From Euprymna scolopes (Eukaryota), in the NCBI GenBank assembly GCA_053919585.1, contig CM132787.1: a stretch of 64,000 bases of DNA, one strand, 5' to 3'. Made by a program: the position numbers and the translations under genes. This document shows positions 12,329-24,935 of this stretch, one piece after another. Each line of letters starts with the position of its first letter. Positions within the stretch are counted from its first letter, which is position 1. A model generated the notes under the pieces. The model ran no database searches. It was given only the letters and a program-made list of their open reading frames with translations, and had not been told where the DNA came from.

Positions 12329-14518
12329 TGCACTCCGCTTTTGTTGGCATTGTTCTACGTCGTACTGAACCTTTACTTGCTACTGGTATTTAACAATGTT
12401 TACTCAGGAGAGTGTTGTTCGAAATTCCGCAACTCTTGCAGCAAAATGTCCACGCGCATCCACCCGTTATGTGGGTATACATAGTCCGACAAGACTGATG
12501 GAAACTAAGTTTTATTTGTTCACTACTCACTTCTCAAATGTGTTTTGCTATTTATGTTCACCTAAGTTAATAAGATTTTTGAGGATATAATTGTATCTCT
12601 CTTAAATTTCTCTTTATTTTGGATGTTTTAAATTGTTACCTCGGTTTTTCTCGTTATGCACTAATTATTTGTTATTTGAATATTTGTTAACGAAACAGAA
12701 ATTTCTCTAAGCACTTTTGTTTTTACTTTAGAGAATTAAACGTTTCGTATACGTAAATATGTGTTTAATATTTTTGTTTTGAAAAGTTAGATTTTTTATT
12801 ATTGTTATGACCTTGTATATAATGAGATGGTTGTAGAGTGGCAGTAGGAGGAGAAATGTAGATGAGGAAGGGCACAGGGGGACGATAAGAGATAGTAAGA
12901 GACACATATATTCAAACAGAGAGTGAAAAAATATCTATATTTTACAAAAAGTTTCTGTCTGTTTTCACGATGTTTCTTTGTGACGTTATTTAGGACATAT
13001 ATTTATATCTAATAAAACAGATGGAGGCGGTTAAAAATCTGTTTTAGTGGTACTCTGGAGGCTTCTTTACTTCATTTAGTTCTTTTACAATCGTCCTAAG
13101 GGTCTTCTAAATTTTATATTTTCACTGCTTAATTATAATTTTTTTTTTTAGTTTTATTCATTATATTTTTATGTAAAGTGTTAGATAAACAGGTGAAAAC
13201 ATTATTACGTGCTTACGTGTCATTTCAAAAATAATATGAATTCCAAAAAGTAGGTAAAATGATACAGTAGAAAAATTATTCCGAAAAATAGGATATTTCT
13301 GTAGATTAGTGATCTTGAAACCAACGTTTTGATAAAAAAAATAGTATTATGTACTTACGTGACAAGTCTAAGATAAACTATTTTCTATTTACACGTTACA
13401 GGTGTTTTGTATGTCATCAATTTTAACCAATTTAACAAACCAATTTTAAAGTGTTTTCTTACAAATAAAGGTAATGTACAACACAGTACTGTTACAAAAT
13501 GCAATATAAGTGACTCCTGAATAGGAGAATATTGTGCAGAATTTTACTCATACGCAAAAACAAACAAAAAAAAATCTAACTCGTGACGGAAAGAAAAAGT
13601 CGTACAAAAACCACGTAAAATTATCGAATAGTTATATTATGAAATTAAGTGCCATGTACAGAATTTAATCTATATACCAAACCAACAATACTTCACCCAT
13701 AACGGAAAGAAAAGGTCGCACAAAAAATACATAAAATTATCAAGGATTTTTAAAAAATAAGAAATAAGGTACTTGTACATAATTCTACCTATAGGGAAAC
13801 AGACAAAAAAAAATTATTGCCTTAAATAAGAAATAAGGTACTTATAATATAATGCCTATAGAGAAACTGGAGGCCTCTGTTATATGAATTAATTATTTTA
13901 CTAATGCTTTGGGGTTTTCATGAGGTTCTTGTCACCTAATCATTTAAAAATTTATTGCTCTGCTAAATTAGATAAAATGTTTTATAATGCCCCGGAAGTC
14001 TTCTGAGAAGCGTTGTGGTGGCCTCCTGAAAAGCGCTCTAGAAGCCTTCTAAATAGCCCTGTGGAGGCTGCGATTAGTTTTTTCAGCGCTTACTTAAAAA
14101 TCAATGGAGATGTCCTTAAGTTTAGTCCTTGCAATAGTAATCATCTAAACATGCATATTTTTCTCGATAAATTGTTAGAAAGAAAGTGAAAATGGCAAGA
14201 CAGAAAACGAGTAAGGCAAATTGGTTTGTCTGAAATTCGAAAATCAAACAGGGATCTAGAAGAGATTAATGAGAATATATATAGACACATGATATCTGTT
14301 ATATGTAACGAGATATGCCTTCAACGAATTGATCTATAAACACACACACACACACAAACATATATGTGTGTGTGCGTTAGTTTTGATTGACTGTAAATTG
14401 AAATCTAAAGCCACAGAACTTATAATTCTGAAAACTGAGAAACCGAAAAAATTATGGTCAAATTTATATAAATAAAAAGTAGATTATATTATCTCCTCTC
14501 TCTTTCTCTCTCTCTCTA

Positions 14519-14569
<51 letters not shown>

Positions 14570-14901
14570 GAGGTTAAGCTTGAACATTCATAGAAAATAA
14601 CACGACTGATACCATCCTAGTTGGAGACATTGTGTTAATAAAAAATAATTTAGAATCGAAAATTATTTAATTCATTCAATATTATTATACATTCTGTTTA
14701 CCTTAACTCGTATCCTTTAGTGTTTTTCGAAAAAATTTCATTGTTATAGCCTTCTAATACAACACAGCACAGAATACATACAATGTATTAAGAAAGCTAC
14801 AACATCCTCCTCATGTATATATAAATATATATATATATATATATGTGATTAGTGTGTGTCTGTGTGTCTTTAGGTCTCTGTGTGTGATCGTATTCGACTA
14901 A

Positions 14902-16870
14902 TCTATATATATAAAAATGTAAAGTTGGTTCGTTCTAAACGAATAAAACCATATTTCTACGTTACCAATTTATTTGAAATTTTCTGACAACCCATTTTTA
15001 GAGTCGAGGATTGTGTTTTTATGTTATTAAAATAAATTTACCTCGCGAATTATTAAAATTAAAATATTAAATAAAATAAATATATTTTTTAACCGTTACT
15101 GCGAATCTGTTCTGTTGATAAAACTGAACTTCCGGATCGATTCATTTCACAACCACGAATTGACGAAAGATTTCATTTTCTGTTAACTCGATAAGTAAAA
15201 AAAAAAAACAACAAAAAACATATTTCATTTGTTTATCTTCCAATTTTTTAATTTACACATCTTTTCTTTATTATATAAGGCCAAAAAAAGTTTGTCGCTT
15301 GCTTTTTGAGTTTTTCTTTGTTTTTAGATATAAGATTCGTTGGTAAAGGACAGTTTTTTTTGTTCGCGCTATTTTGTAAATCGTATTTCCAGGTTTAATT
15401 AGTTTTATATGTTTTTTATTCAATTGTAAGGTTAAAATACACCCCCCTCCCCATGTTAAGAATGGCTTTTTAAATAATAACGTTATTATTTCACCACGGA
15501 TCACTCTCTGCATGAGTACTGTACTTTCACCTAACAATTTAATAAGCAAAATATGGTACTTATGCAGAGAAGATAACGTGCTGAAATAACGCTATTAAAA
15601 AAACATAATTCATTTGTTTATCTTCCAAATTTTTTAATTTACACATTTTTTCTTTATTATATAAGGCCAAAAAAAGTTTGTCGCTTGCTTTTTGAGTTTT
15701 TTTTTTGTTTTTCGATATAAGATTCGTTGGTAAAGTACAATTTTTTTTTTGTCCGAGCTATTTTTTAAATCGTATTTCCAGGTTTAATTAGTTTTATATG
15801 TTTTTTATTCAATTGTAAGGTTAAAATACACCCTCCCCTCTGCATGTTAAGAATGGCTTTTTAAATAAAAACGTTATTATTTCAACACGGATCATTCTCT
15901 GCATGAGTATTGTACTTTCACCTAACAATTTAATAAACAAAACATGGTACTTATGCAGAGAAGGTACCGTGCTGAAATAACGCTATTTATAAAGCCATTC
16001 TTAACATGGGAAAGGGAGAGTGTTCTGTAACTATTTTATTTTTTCACCTAACAGTTTAATAAACAAAAGATAGTACTTATGCAGAGAAGGTACCGTGCTG
16101 AAATAATACCGTTATTTAGAAAGCTATTCTGAATATGGGGAGGGAGTTTTGCATCTATTATAAAATATGAATGCTTTTCGTGCACTTATTGATCCGTGCT
16201 GAAATAATGACGTTATTATTTAAAAAGCCATTCTTAAAATGGGGAGATGAGGGTGTTTTGTAACTATTCTGAACTTTCACCTAACAATTTAATAAACAAA
16301 AATTAAACTTAAGCAGACAACGAACATTACAGAAGCATTAACATTATTTAGAATACAATTGAATAAAAAAAAAAAAACTTTAATTAAACTTGGAAATACG
16401 ATTTAAAAAATAGTACGGATCGGTAAGTGCATTAGCCCTATAAATTTGTCTAATTCTTAATTTCTTATGTTATTGGAAAAAAAAAGCTACAAATAACGAA
16501 TTACTCCATCCTCGAAAATTCCTTTAAAATTACCACTCCTATAGGTTTTTGGGGTCGCTGAAAACAAAAATAACCTTTAGGCAAACGAGTAGTTTTCAAG
16601 ATATAAAGAAATGTTAGTTTAAAAAAGCGAAGGATCACTTTTCCATAATAATTTAACCTAAAATGATCATCCACTTTGTGGCCACGATATTTGGGGTGGG
16701 GGTTTCTTTCTACCCTTGGAAAATCCTTTAAAATTACCTGCTTAAATTGGTTGGAGAGGCGGGGGGGCCCCACAGAAATATGCCCCTCTCTCAGGTGACC
16801 AGAAAGTGGGTGCTCATTCTAAGTTAAATTTAAATTGAAAAGTGATCACCCACTTTTCGAAAAAGTAATT
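14902..16870 (+). mobile_element. Putative non-autonomous Helitron-like element with internal tandem and inverted duplications (3' end not located)
   Basis: Starts a|tctatatatataaaaatgtaaagttg, a typical Helitron-like 5' end, and contains an internal repeat array. Confidence 0.4.
15223..15990. repeat. Tandem duplication, unit about 385 bp
   Basis: ttcatttgtttatcttccaa...ataaggccaaaaaaagtttgtcgcttgc...gtgctgaaataacgctatt occurs from about 15223 and again from about 15609. Confidence 0.9.
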
Positions 16871-17708
16871 TCTTCATATCATGAAAACTTTCTTTTTGCG
16901 ACGGAAACGGTTTGCAGATTCGTTTTTAGTACACTGAAATCTACAATAAAATATTTCGTTATATACGAACATGAGACGGGCCTTAAAGTAAAATAATACC
17001 GAATTTTTGGGGCAGATTTGCCATTTAGTTGTATAATATCCTCAAACCAGGTAATCACTAAAAGGGACTCTTAAAAGTCGTTACCTGTATCGATCAAAAT
17101 TTAAAACCACTGATTATATGTCAGCCTACATCACAGTAACATATATTGAGTGAGTTCCTAACAGTATTTTGTATAGTTTTTAAGTTTAAACTCATTTTCC
17201 CAAAAGTTCCCCAAACTTAACGTGTTCGATACAGTCTGCCGCCATTTGTATTTTTCAAATATACCGATAGACACTGCATGTTTTTGAACTGATTAAGCAT
17301 TATACATTACATAAAAACACTACAATCTTATCCATGTAGGTAGAACATTTACTTTTCTTGCCTTTGATAACATTTATTTGTTATATATTCATTTTTTGAC
17401 AACTTCTTTGTATCTGTTAATACAACCCCTTTTCATTTAATGTAACGTTTAGTCAGCTCAAATCTGTGTATAGTACCCCCCCATCACTCAAATATTAATT
17501 ACTAACTCATATTTTTGTATACAGAAAAAAAAAATTTAGCGTTTCAACGTTAGTTTTATCCACTGATTTTTTGGTCGAGCTCAAGCAATGATTGACGGTA
17601 ATCCTCAGGATCAGGATCCAATTCTACAAGAGTACCATTTTTTTCATTTTTTTTTAGAGTGGATTGCTATACTAAGAAGATGAGAGTCTTCTGGACTTTA
17701 TTATATTA

Positions 17709-17745
17709 CTAGCTGTACCCTGCCACGCGTTGCTGTTGCTAAATT
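17709..17745 (-). mobile_element. Helitron 3' terminus
   Basis: The reverse complement reads agcaacagcaacgcgtggcagggtacagCTAG|t, a GC-rich subterminal motif followed by CTAG before T. Confidence 0.65.
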
Positions 17746-18419
17746 TGGTGTAATGGAAAATTCTAATAAAAAGAGAAAATGCATGTTTCTTATAAGAAAC
17801 ATGCATATGAGTAATATCATTCATAAATTGTAATGTCCATACGATGCCAAATATGTAGGTACGTTATGGCATAGGTTTGCATCTAGAATCTGAAAAACGT
17901 CATGGCAGACTAAACCTCTTCAAGCATTTAGTAAACACATACGTACCAATTAAAATCCAGCAGCTCAAAATAGCATCAAGATACAACAGTTTGTTTTTAA
18001 TTTTTTATTCCTTTCAATATGTTCTCAATTCTTAGCTTCAACACTGTTACTTCTCTATAGAAATGACCTTCCAGAGAATATTATTCAGAAAATTAACATT
18101 TATGCTTAGGACGCCACTCTATATTCTGATATTGCTTCTCGCCCATCTTCCCCGAATCAGTAAAAATATGAAGTTGATCTAGAAGTTGATTTGTGTTCTA
18201 TTATGGGTTGGAGTGAGACATGACTGGTTTCATTTAATTTTGTTAAGACTCAGCCATTGTCCTTCAATCGCAGGCGTTCCTTTTTCTTCATGAGATTATT
18301 ATGGATTGTTCTGCTCTTGATGAGAAATTGACTCTAAAATTTCTTAGTCTTTCTTTTTAATCAAATTCTCTTTAGAGTTCAAATATTAAAGTCATTGCTC
18401 TTTCTGATTGCTTTAAAAA

Positions 18420-19010
18420 CGACTCTCGCTGTCGCTCTAAACACTTCCTCATACCTGATGTTATTCTCTATCTCAACAAATCTACTATCAAACCATGTAT
18501 GGAGTATTGTTGTCAATTTTTGTTTTACTTACCATTCACCCAAACAAGGAACATTGCTAGTTGGGCATAAGAGGCTGCTAATTGGGACCATGTCCATAAA
18601 AGATTAAGACGTTGGCTTACGTTGCATTATAATTTCTGCATATCAGTGCAGTTTGAGAAGCAGATAGCAGGAAAAGAATTCCAAGGTCTAGCTGTTCTAG
18701 GAAAGAAGTTATTAGAGTAGAATGCTTTCTGACGTTTAGGGACTTCAAGAGTAACAAGGTTGTCATTTTGTTTGTCGGGGATATGTACGTGAAGAGGGCA
18801 CAGGTGCAATGCCATATTTGGACTGGTGAATCTAGGTCCCATTCGAAGGTATTTATTGAATTGCAGAAACGCATCTGTCATTTTATTATATATTCTTCTT
18901 CACTGCAACCTCTGTTTCACAGACGTAATGTTACTAACCTCAGTCTTTTCTACCATTTCTATTATGACATGTGTACCTCAGATATGTCGAATCTATTCTC
19001 TGCTACCTCT
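18420..19010 (+). mobile_element. Old CR1-group LINE RT C-terminal fragment interrupted by an antisense family-A-like 3' end
   Basis: Plus strand: ILYLNKSTIKPCMEYCC, then after the insert CHIWTG...LQPLFHRRNVTNLSLFY. Minus-strand insert 18520-18808: KAFYSNNFFPRTARPWNSF...CTDMQK plus the family A 3' UTR (ccttgtttgggtgaa). Confidence 0.75.
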
Positions 19011-20500
19011 GTGCTTGCTCGTTTTTTGTCTCGAATGATTTCTATTAAAAAAATTAGATCACATTTATTGTTTTATCGTAGGCATTGCGCAATACAAATA
19101 AAGTTATTGAAAATCCCACTTATGTAGACAAGAACAAAACTCACTTGAAACGCTTACTAGATAAACGCCTAAAATTGAATAGAAACGCAGTCATAAAAAA
19201 CTGTAATATATTGTCACTATTAGCACCCAACGACCAGTATAATTTTTTATTTGAAAAAAGTGTTGAAACTGAAAGAATTCCAAATGCAAGCTAATTCCAT
19301 AATCAAAATAATATTTATGTAAGGTGTAATCGCATTGAACTGTTCTATAAATTAGGAAAATATCGAAATGTATGCATTAATTTTAAAAAATTGAAGAAAA
19401 TCACGAGACATCAAATAAATAAATAAATAAATAAAATAAACAAATAAATAACAAGACAAATAAATAAAATATTGTATTCTCATCTTTAAGTCTGATCTAA
19501 GTTTAATTATTTATTTGAAAAAATGCAATTTATTATAAAATAAACACAAATTTAAAATCAAACTACTAAATTATGTGGTGTTCGTGTCTTAGTAAGAACG
19601 TTATACACACGCAAAGTTTTTATTAAAAAATAGCTAGAATTATATGTATTATATAAAGTAACATGTACATGCAAATAAAAGTATTGAACACATTAACCTA
19701 CAAACACTAAAAAAATAAATAAAACTTGTGATTCAATTAAAAATGGTAAAAATACTGTGTCAATCGTACGAAACTTTCATCTTGTTGCTCAGTTCTCACT
19801 TGTTATTCACGAACTTTGAAAAATCCAAAAACTCTATGTTAAAAGATTTGCAGTTGTTTCCCATGTGTAATGAGGCGAAGTCTTGTGAAATCGTTAATGT
19901 CTCATCGCGTGCGATTAGACGGAATGAGACTTGGGAGCAGTATTCCATTTTCGGTTTTCATTTTTTGCATCCGGTTTCAGTACTGATATGTAAATTGAGG
20001 GCAATAAAAAAGATCAAAATAAAAAAAGGAATGATTTAAACTGAACAAAAGAAATTAAATGATTTTGAAAATAATTAATTCAGACAACAGAATACATTTT
20101 AAAAAGTTTTTTTTATGTATTGTATATCATCAGGAATGTCCTTTTCCGCGTATCAGGAAACGCCCCACATTTCCAACTCGGTCCTGGAAAATGGAAATGA
20201 GCCCATATGTTGCTACTGAGTACAGTTTAAACTTATTTGGAAATACCCGACATGAAATACTTGTTAGGTTAGGCACCGGTTATTTTTTTCCTAATGGTAT
20301 ATGTTTTCCTCGATTTCACAATTATTTTCGTGAGCAAAACTTTGATAATACACGACTATATTTTGAACATTCTTTAAAAAATAATCTGATATTCTGTCTC
20401 CAAATTAGATATGCATTTAAACATATGTTTTCAAGTTTATAATTCATGTAATTTCCTTCTCATGTAAATGTCAATCGATAAAATAATGTTTTGCTGATGT

Positions 20501-21352
20501 NNNNNNNNNNNNNNNNNNNNNNNNNNNNNNNNNNNNNNNNNNNNNNNNNNNNNNNNNNNNNNNNNNNNNNNNNNNNNNNNNNNNNNNNNNNNNNNNNNNN
20601 NNNNNNNNNNNNNNNNNNNNNNNNNNNNNNNNNNNNNNNNNNNNNNNNNNNNNNNNNNNNNNNNNNNNNNNNNNNNNNNNNNNNNNNNNNNNNNNNNNNN
20701 NNNNNNNNNNNNNNNNNNNNNNNNNNNNNNNNNNNNNNNNNNNNNNNNNNNNNNNNNNNNNNNNNNNNNNNNNNNNNNNNNNNNNNNNNNNNNNNNNNNN
20801 NNNNNNNNNNNNNNNNNNNNNNNNNNNNNNNNNNNNNNNNNNNNNNNNNNNNNNNNNNNNNNNNNNNNNNNNNNNNNNNNNNNNNNNNNNNNNNNNNNNN
20901 NNNNNNNNNNNNNNNNNNNNNNNNNNNNNNNNNNNNNNNNNNNNNNNNNNNNNNNNNNNNNNNNNNNNNNNNNNNNNNNNNNNNNNNNNNNNNNNNNNNN
21001 NNNNNNNNNNNNNNNNNNNNNNNNNNNNNNNNNNNNNNNNNNNNNNNNNNNNNNNNNNNNNNNNNNNNNNNNNNNNNNNNNNNNNNNNNNNNNNNNNNNN
21101 NNNNNNNNNNNNNNNNNNNNNNNNNNNNNNNNNNNNNNNNNNNNNNNNNNNNNNNNNNNNNNNNNNNNNNNNNNNNNNNNNNNNNNNNNNNNNNNNNNNN
21201 NNNNNNNNNNNNNNNNNNNNNNNNNNNNNNNNNNNNNNNNNNNNNNNNNNNNNNNNNNNNNNNNNNNNNNNNNNNNNNNNNNNNNNNNNNNNNNNNNNNN
21301 NNNNNNNNNNNNNNNNNNNNNNNNNNNNNNNNNNNNNNNNNNNNNNNNNNNN
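20501..21352. other. Assembly gap (N run)
   Basis: N characters. Confidence 1.
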
Positions 21353-23670
21353 GTGAAATTAAACCATCTCTATTAAGCATGCACTTTTTGTCAAACTCTT
21401 TCTGAGAGCAGCAAATGAATAGGTGTTTATTTCATTGCATGATATATTCTTAACATTCCAGCAACTTTTTCATCTTGTAAGAGCTCTGAACAGATTGCAG
21501 TGCAAGTGCTGGCAGACGATTAACCGGACATCAGTAGATTCTTGGGGTCATCTGGAGTGAATGTACACCGTTCCAGGGCATATCTCTTGATGGCTTTTGC
21601 ACACTGGTCGCCCTCACTGAAAATGAGGTTTAAACTACTGGATCAACTGCCTAATGACATGCTAGTGTTCATGACGTTAAGTGTCAAACTGCGGTTTCTG
21701 TTGTTCATATCCAAACACGTTAATTGCACTGACCTGATTTATATTTGGTGTTAACTTTGAATTTATCGTTCTAGCTGTAGTATAATGGTGAACCATATAA
21801 CCATACAGTGATATGTGCCTGATAGGTTACGAACATCATACAGCAATATGTACTTGTGACGAAAGGTTCATCGGAATGTGTGTACGTGTCACTAAATGTC
21901 TATGGTGGTTCTTCACTATCTAAACCCTAAGTTATGTTCTGCGGTCTATTTATGTTCTAATGCTATGATCGTGATCGCCGAAATGTTCATATGCGCGCGA
22001 GCGTGTGTGTGTGTGTGATGCATGTATTTCAACATACCTTATTTTCATGCGTCGTTCATCTTGTTCCACGTGGAATTCATCTTGTTCTTGGAGGAGAGGC
22101 TGGAACCTTTTTGAACAAATAATCATTCACTTCCAAGAACATTGATTGTATTTCATATAGTTTTTATTTACTTTTCAGGTGTCAATCGCAGTAAAAGGGA
22201 AAGTGAATATCTTTCCTTGAGTGGGTTATTCTAGGTCTCCATTCTAAGACATGCCAGCTCCCTCCCCGGCCCATTAAATCGTCCGCCCTGCTAACGTCAT
22301 AATTACAACTCCAATTATTCTTTCTCAGCCAACTAGAACCCTGTAACATACACGTACTTCCGTCAACTTTTCTATGATATTATTTTATTATATTTTGACA
22401 GTTTTTATCCCCATTCTTCATATTTATCTCTTGTTTATATCTCCAGTTAGATAGATAGATAACTAGGTCGAGAGTTATATCGATAATACACATAGATGAA
22501 TAGATAGATCGACTGACAGATAAATAACAAGCAAATACTACTTGTGTTCGACCTATTACATAACATAACCATCTATTATCGATCAATTGCTTGAATCGTT
22601 TGTATCAAAGCGTTCTTCTTGCGCAAACTTGGACCGATATTCGTGAACTATTTTCTGAACATTTTGTCAATGAATCCGCGACACCCAACTTCTTCTGACA
22701 AGTGAGATGCACGCCAACTTTTATGAAATTTCTCTTATGGATTTTCGTATCTGTCATATTTTATTAGCTAAGCTGCATCAATATTGTCTTTATTGCGCAC
22801 AGTCATTTAAGCAAGTTAGACGACTTTGCTTTCAGTGCATCATACAACTAAAAAAAAAACGCGTCCGCACCCTTGAAGATCCGCTACAATTTTCCATAAC
22901 ACTTTCCAGTTCTCATCGTATCATGGGGTTCTTTTGCTGCGAGAGATCCTGTTACTATTATCGTACGAACGGAATAAACTTTCTTTCTAGGCTTTCTACG
23001 TATAATGCCGTTATTGATCAACTTTACTTGCTGTGTTGTCGCATCAAATGTGATTTAGTAGAGTATGTTTGAAAATACAAATTGTTCTCCATCAACATGT
23101 TATCTTCAGGATTTATACGGCAGCACAAAGAGAAGTTAAAGTTTAAAACACAAACTTCTAACCGAAGTAAGTAAAAGAAGAGATTGGAACAAAAAGATTT
23201 TATTATAAAATAGTTTAAAACATTTGAAAGTAAAGTGTTGCTTGATTATCCCATGTAAAATCTCTTACACATTAATTAATTTTGGTTAAGTTGAAATCTA
23301 TATCAATTTTGGGTTGTCTTTTACCGTTTCTGCTTTGATAATAAAATTTTCTGCTTTGAAACAGGATCAGTTTAAATTCAACTATGAAACCGCTCAGTTC
23401 AGTCTTGTCAGACAATGGATTTTCACTGTAGGGTGCTTGCGCATGGAATTATTGTGGTAAAAGTTGCACAATTTCTAACCATACTTCTCCTGTGTTGGCA
23501 ATGTTTCAATTCATATTGCATTTATATATAAAGTCAGAATGACTGGAAACAATGTCGAGATAAACGGAGAGGAAATACAGTGCCTAACATTCCCAGCGTG
23601 GCCAGGCTCATCGTTGCCTTACTTCGATAATCTTGCCAGAACCGGTAGGTCAATGTGATTGTGTCATATA

Positions 23671-24150
23671 ATTTATTTTTTTTAAATTCCATTTTCACCC
23701 CAAACAAGGCATAGTGCCACTTTGATGTAGGGGCTACTATCGGGAACATAAGTTGTAGAAATGCTGTGTAAGGGGTTGAGCAGCAAGATGTCTCTTCAAC
23801 TTACACTTGAACTTCTGCATGTCAGTACAGTTGAGCACATATGAACCTGGGAGTGAGTCTAGTTGTTCTGGGGAAGAAAGTATTAGAGTAGAAGGCCTTC
23901 TTACAGGTCTTTGTAGGGGTGGAATTTTGCTGATTATCGGGTTTGTATTTACGTTGAGGGTGTATAAGGGCTTGTAGTTCGTCAGAGCATCCACAATTAA
24001 AATACTTGTAAAATAGGCAAAGGGATGCAACATTTCGTCGATGGGACAGAGCTTGAAGCTTGGATGACAGATTAGGACGTATCAGGTTAACGACTCTCTT
24101 TTGAACCCTGTTCAAGACCGAGAGACTAATAGCAAATGCACTAGTCTCCC
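23671..24150 (-). mobile_element. LINE family A 3' fragment
   Basis: LNRVQKRVVNLIRPNLSSKLQALSHRRNVASLCLFYKYFN, with a 3' UTR matching 3100-3150 and a T-rich tail. Confidence 0.9.
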
Positions 24151-24561
24151 AAAATACTCTATACATAAAAATACAAAGCAACTATACCATAATTATCTAT
24201 GTGTGCATTCAGAAATGCACATTGTTCCTAGAAAACAATTAAGAAAAAATACGATTACTGTATATACCCAAAGTGATTTAAATATTACTAAATTGGATGA
24301 CCATTGCTGGTGACTCAGAGTGTTTTTTTCTTTCTACATATTGTGGTTTTTAATTTATTCAAGTCAAATATACAGTAGTGTAAAATAGAACCGAGCCTAA
24401 AAATAACTCATTAAAGTAATTAAGTATATTAAAATTTAATAGATTCGTAAACAAAAATTGGCATTTTAAATATTCGTCCAGAGAATTTTGAAGCAGATTA
24501 TCATTTCTGACGTTCACATTTTGAGAATCATCATGAATAGTAATATACTTTTTTTCGAAAA

Positions 24562-24935
24562 TACGAGGGTCGTTCCAACCGTAAAGCCTCCTATTTTTTA
24601 ACTCAAAAAGTTTAGAAGCTACGAATACGGAATCAGTACCGTTAAAACGAGGGATCTCTTTTGCTCTAGAATTTATTTTTCTACATAATTACCACTGTCT
24701 TCACTGCACGTTTGCCAGGATTTCAATAAAGTATCTCTGTTTTGACGCGCGTCCATGCCAGGTGTGCTTTTAGTTGAGTTTCACACTATCAATATCTACA
24801 AAACAGCGATGAAATTTTATAGATCAGGAATGCATAAATTAAGTCATCATAACAATTCAATATGTCATCCCCTCTGATCCATTAAGACGAAATAAAATAA
24901 ATAAAATATGTAACGTTTGGAACGCCCCCCCTGTA
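24562..24935. mobile_element. mariner-type MITE or internal-deletion derivative (about 370 bp)
   Basis: The left end tacgagggtcgttccaaccgtaa and the right end taacgtttggaacgccccccctgta are imperfect inverted repeats, each bounded by TA. Confidence 0.7.

Noticed and set aside
21400-21760. More balanced-composition segment next to a gap, possible exon or transposase remnant
   Set aside because: The frames examined contain stops or give no recognisable motifs.
23538-23650. Possible host exon (MTGNNVEINGEEIQCLTFPAW... followed by gtaggt)
   Set aside because: No recognisable homology and no supporting neighbouring exons.
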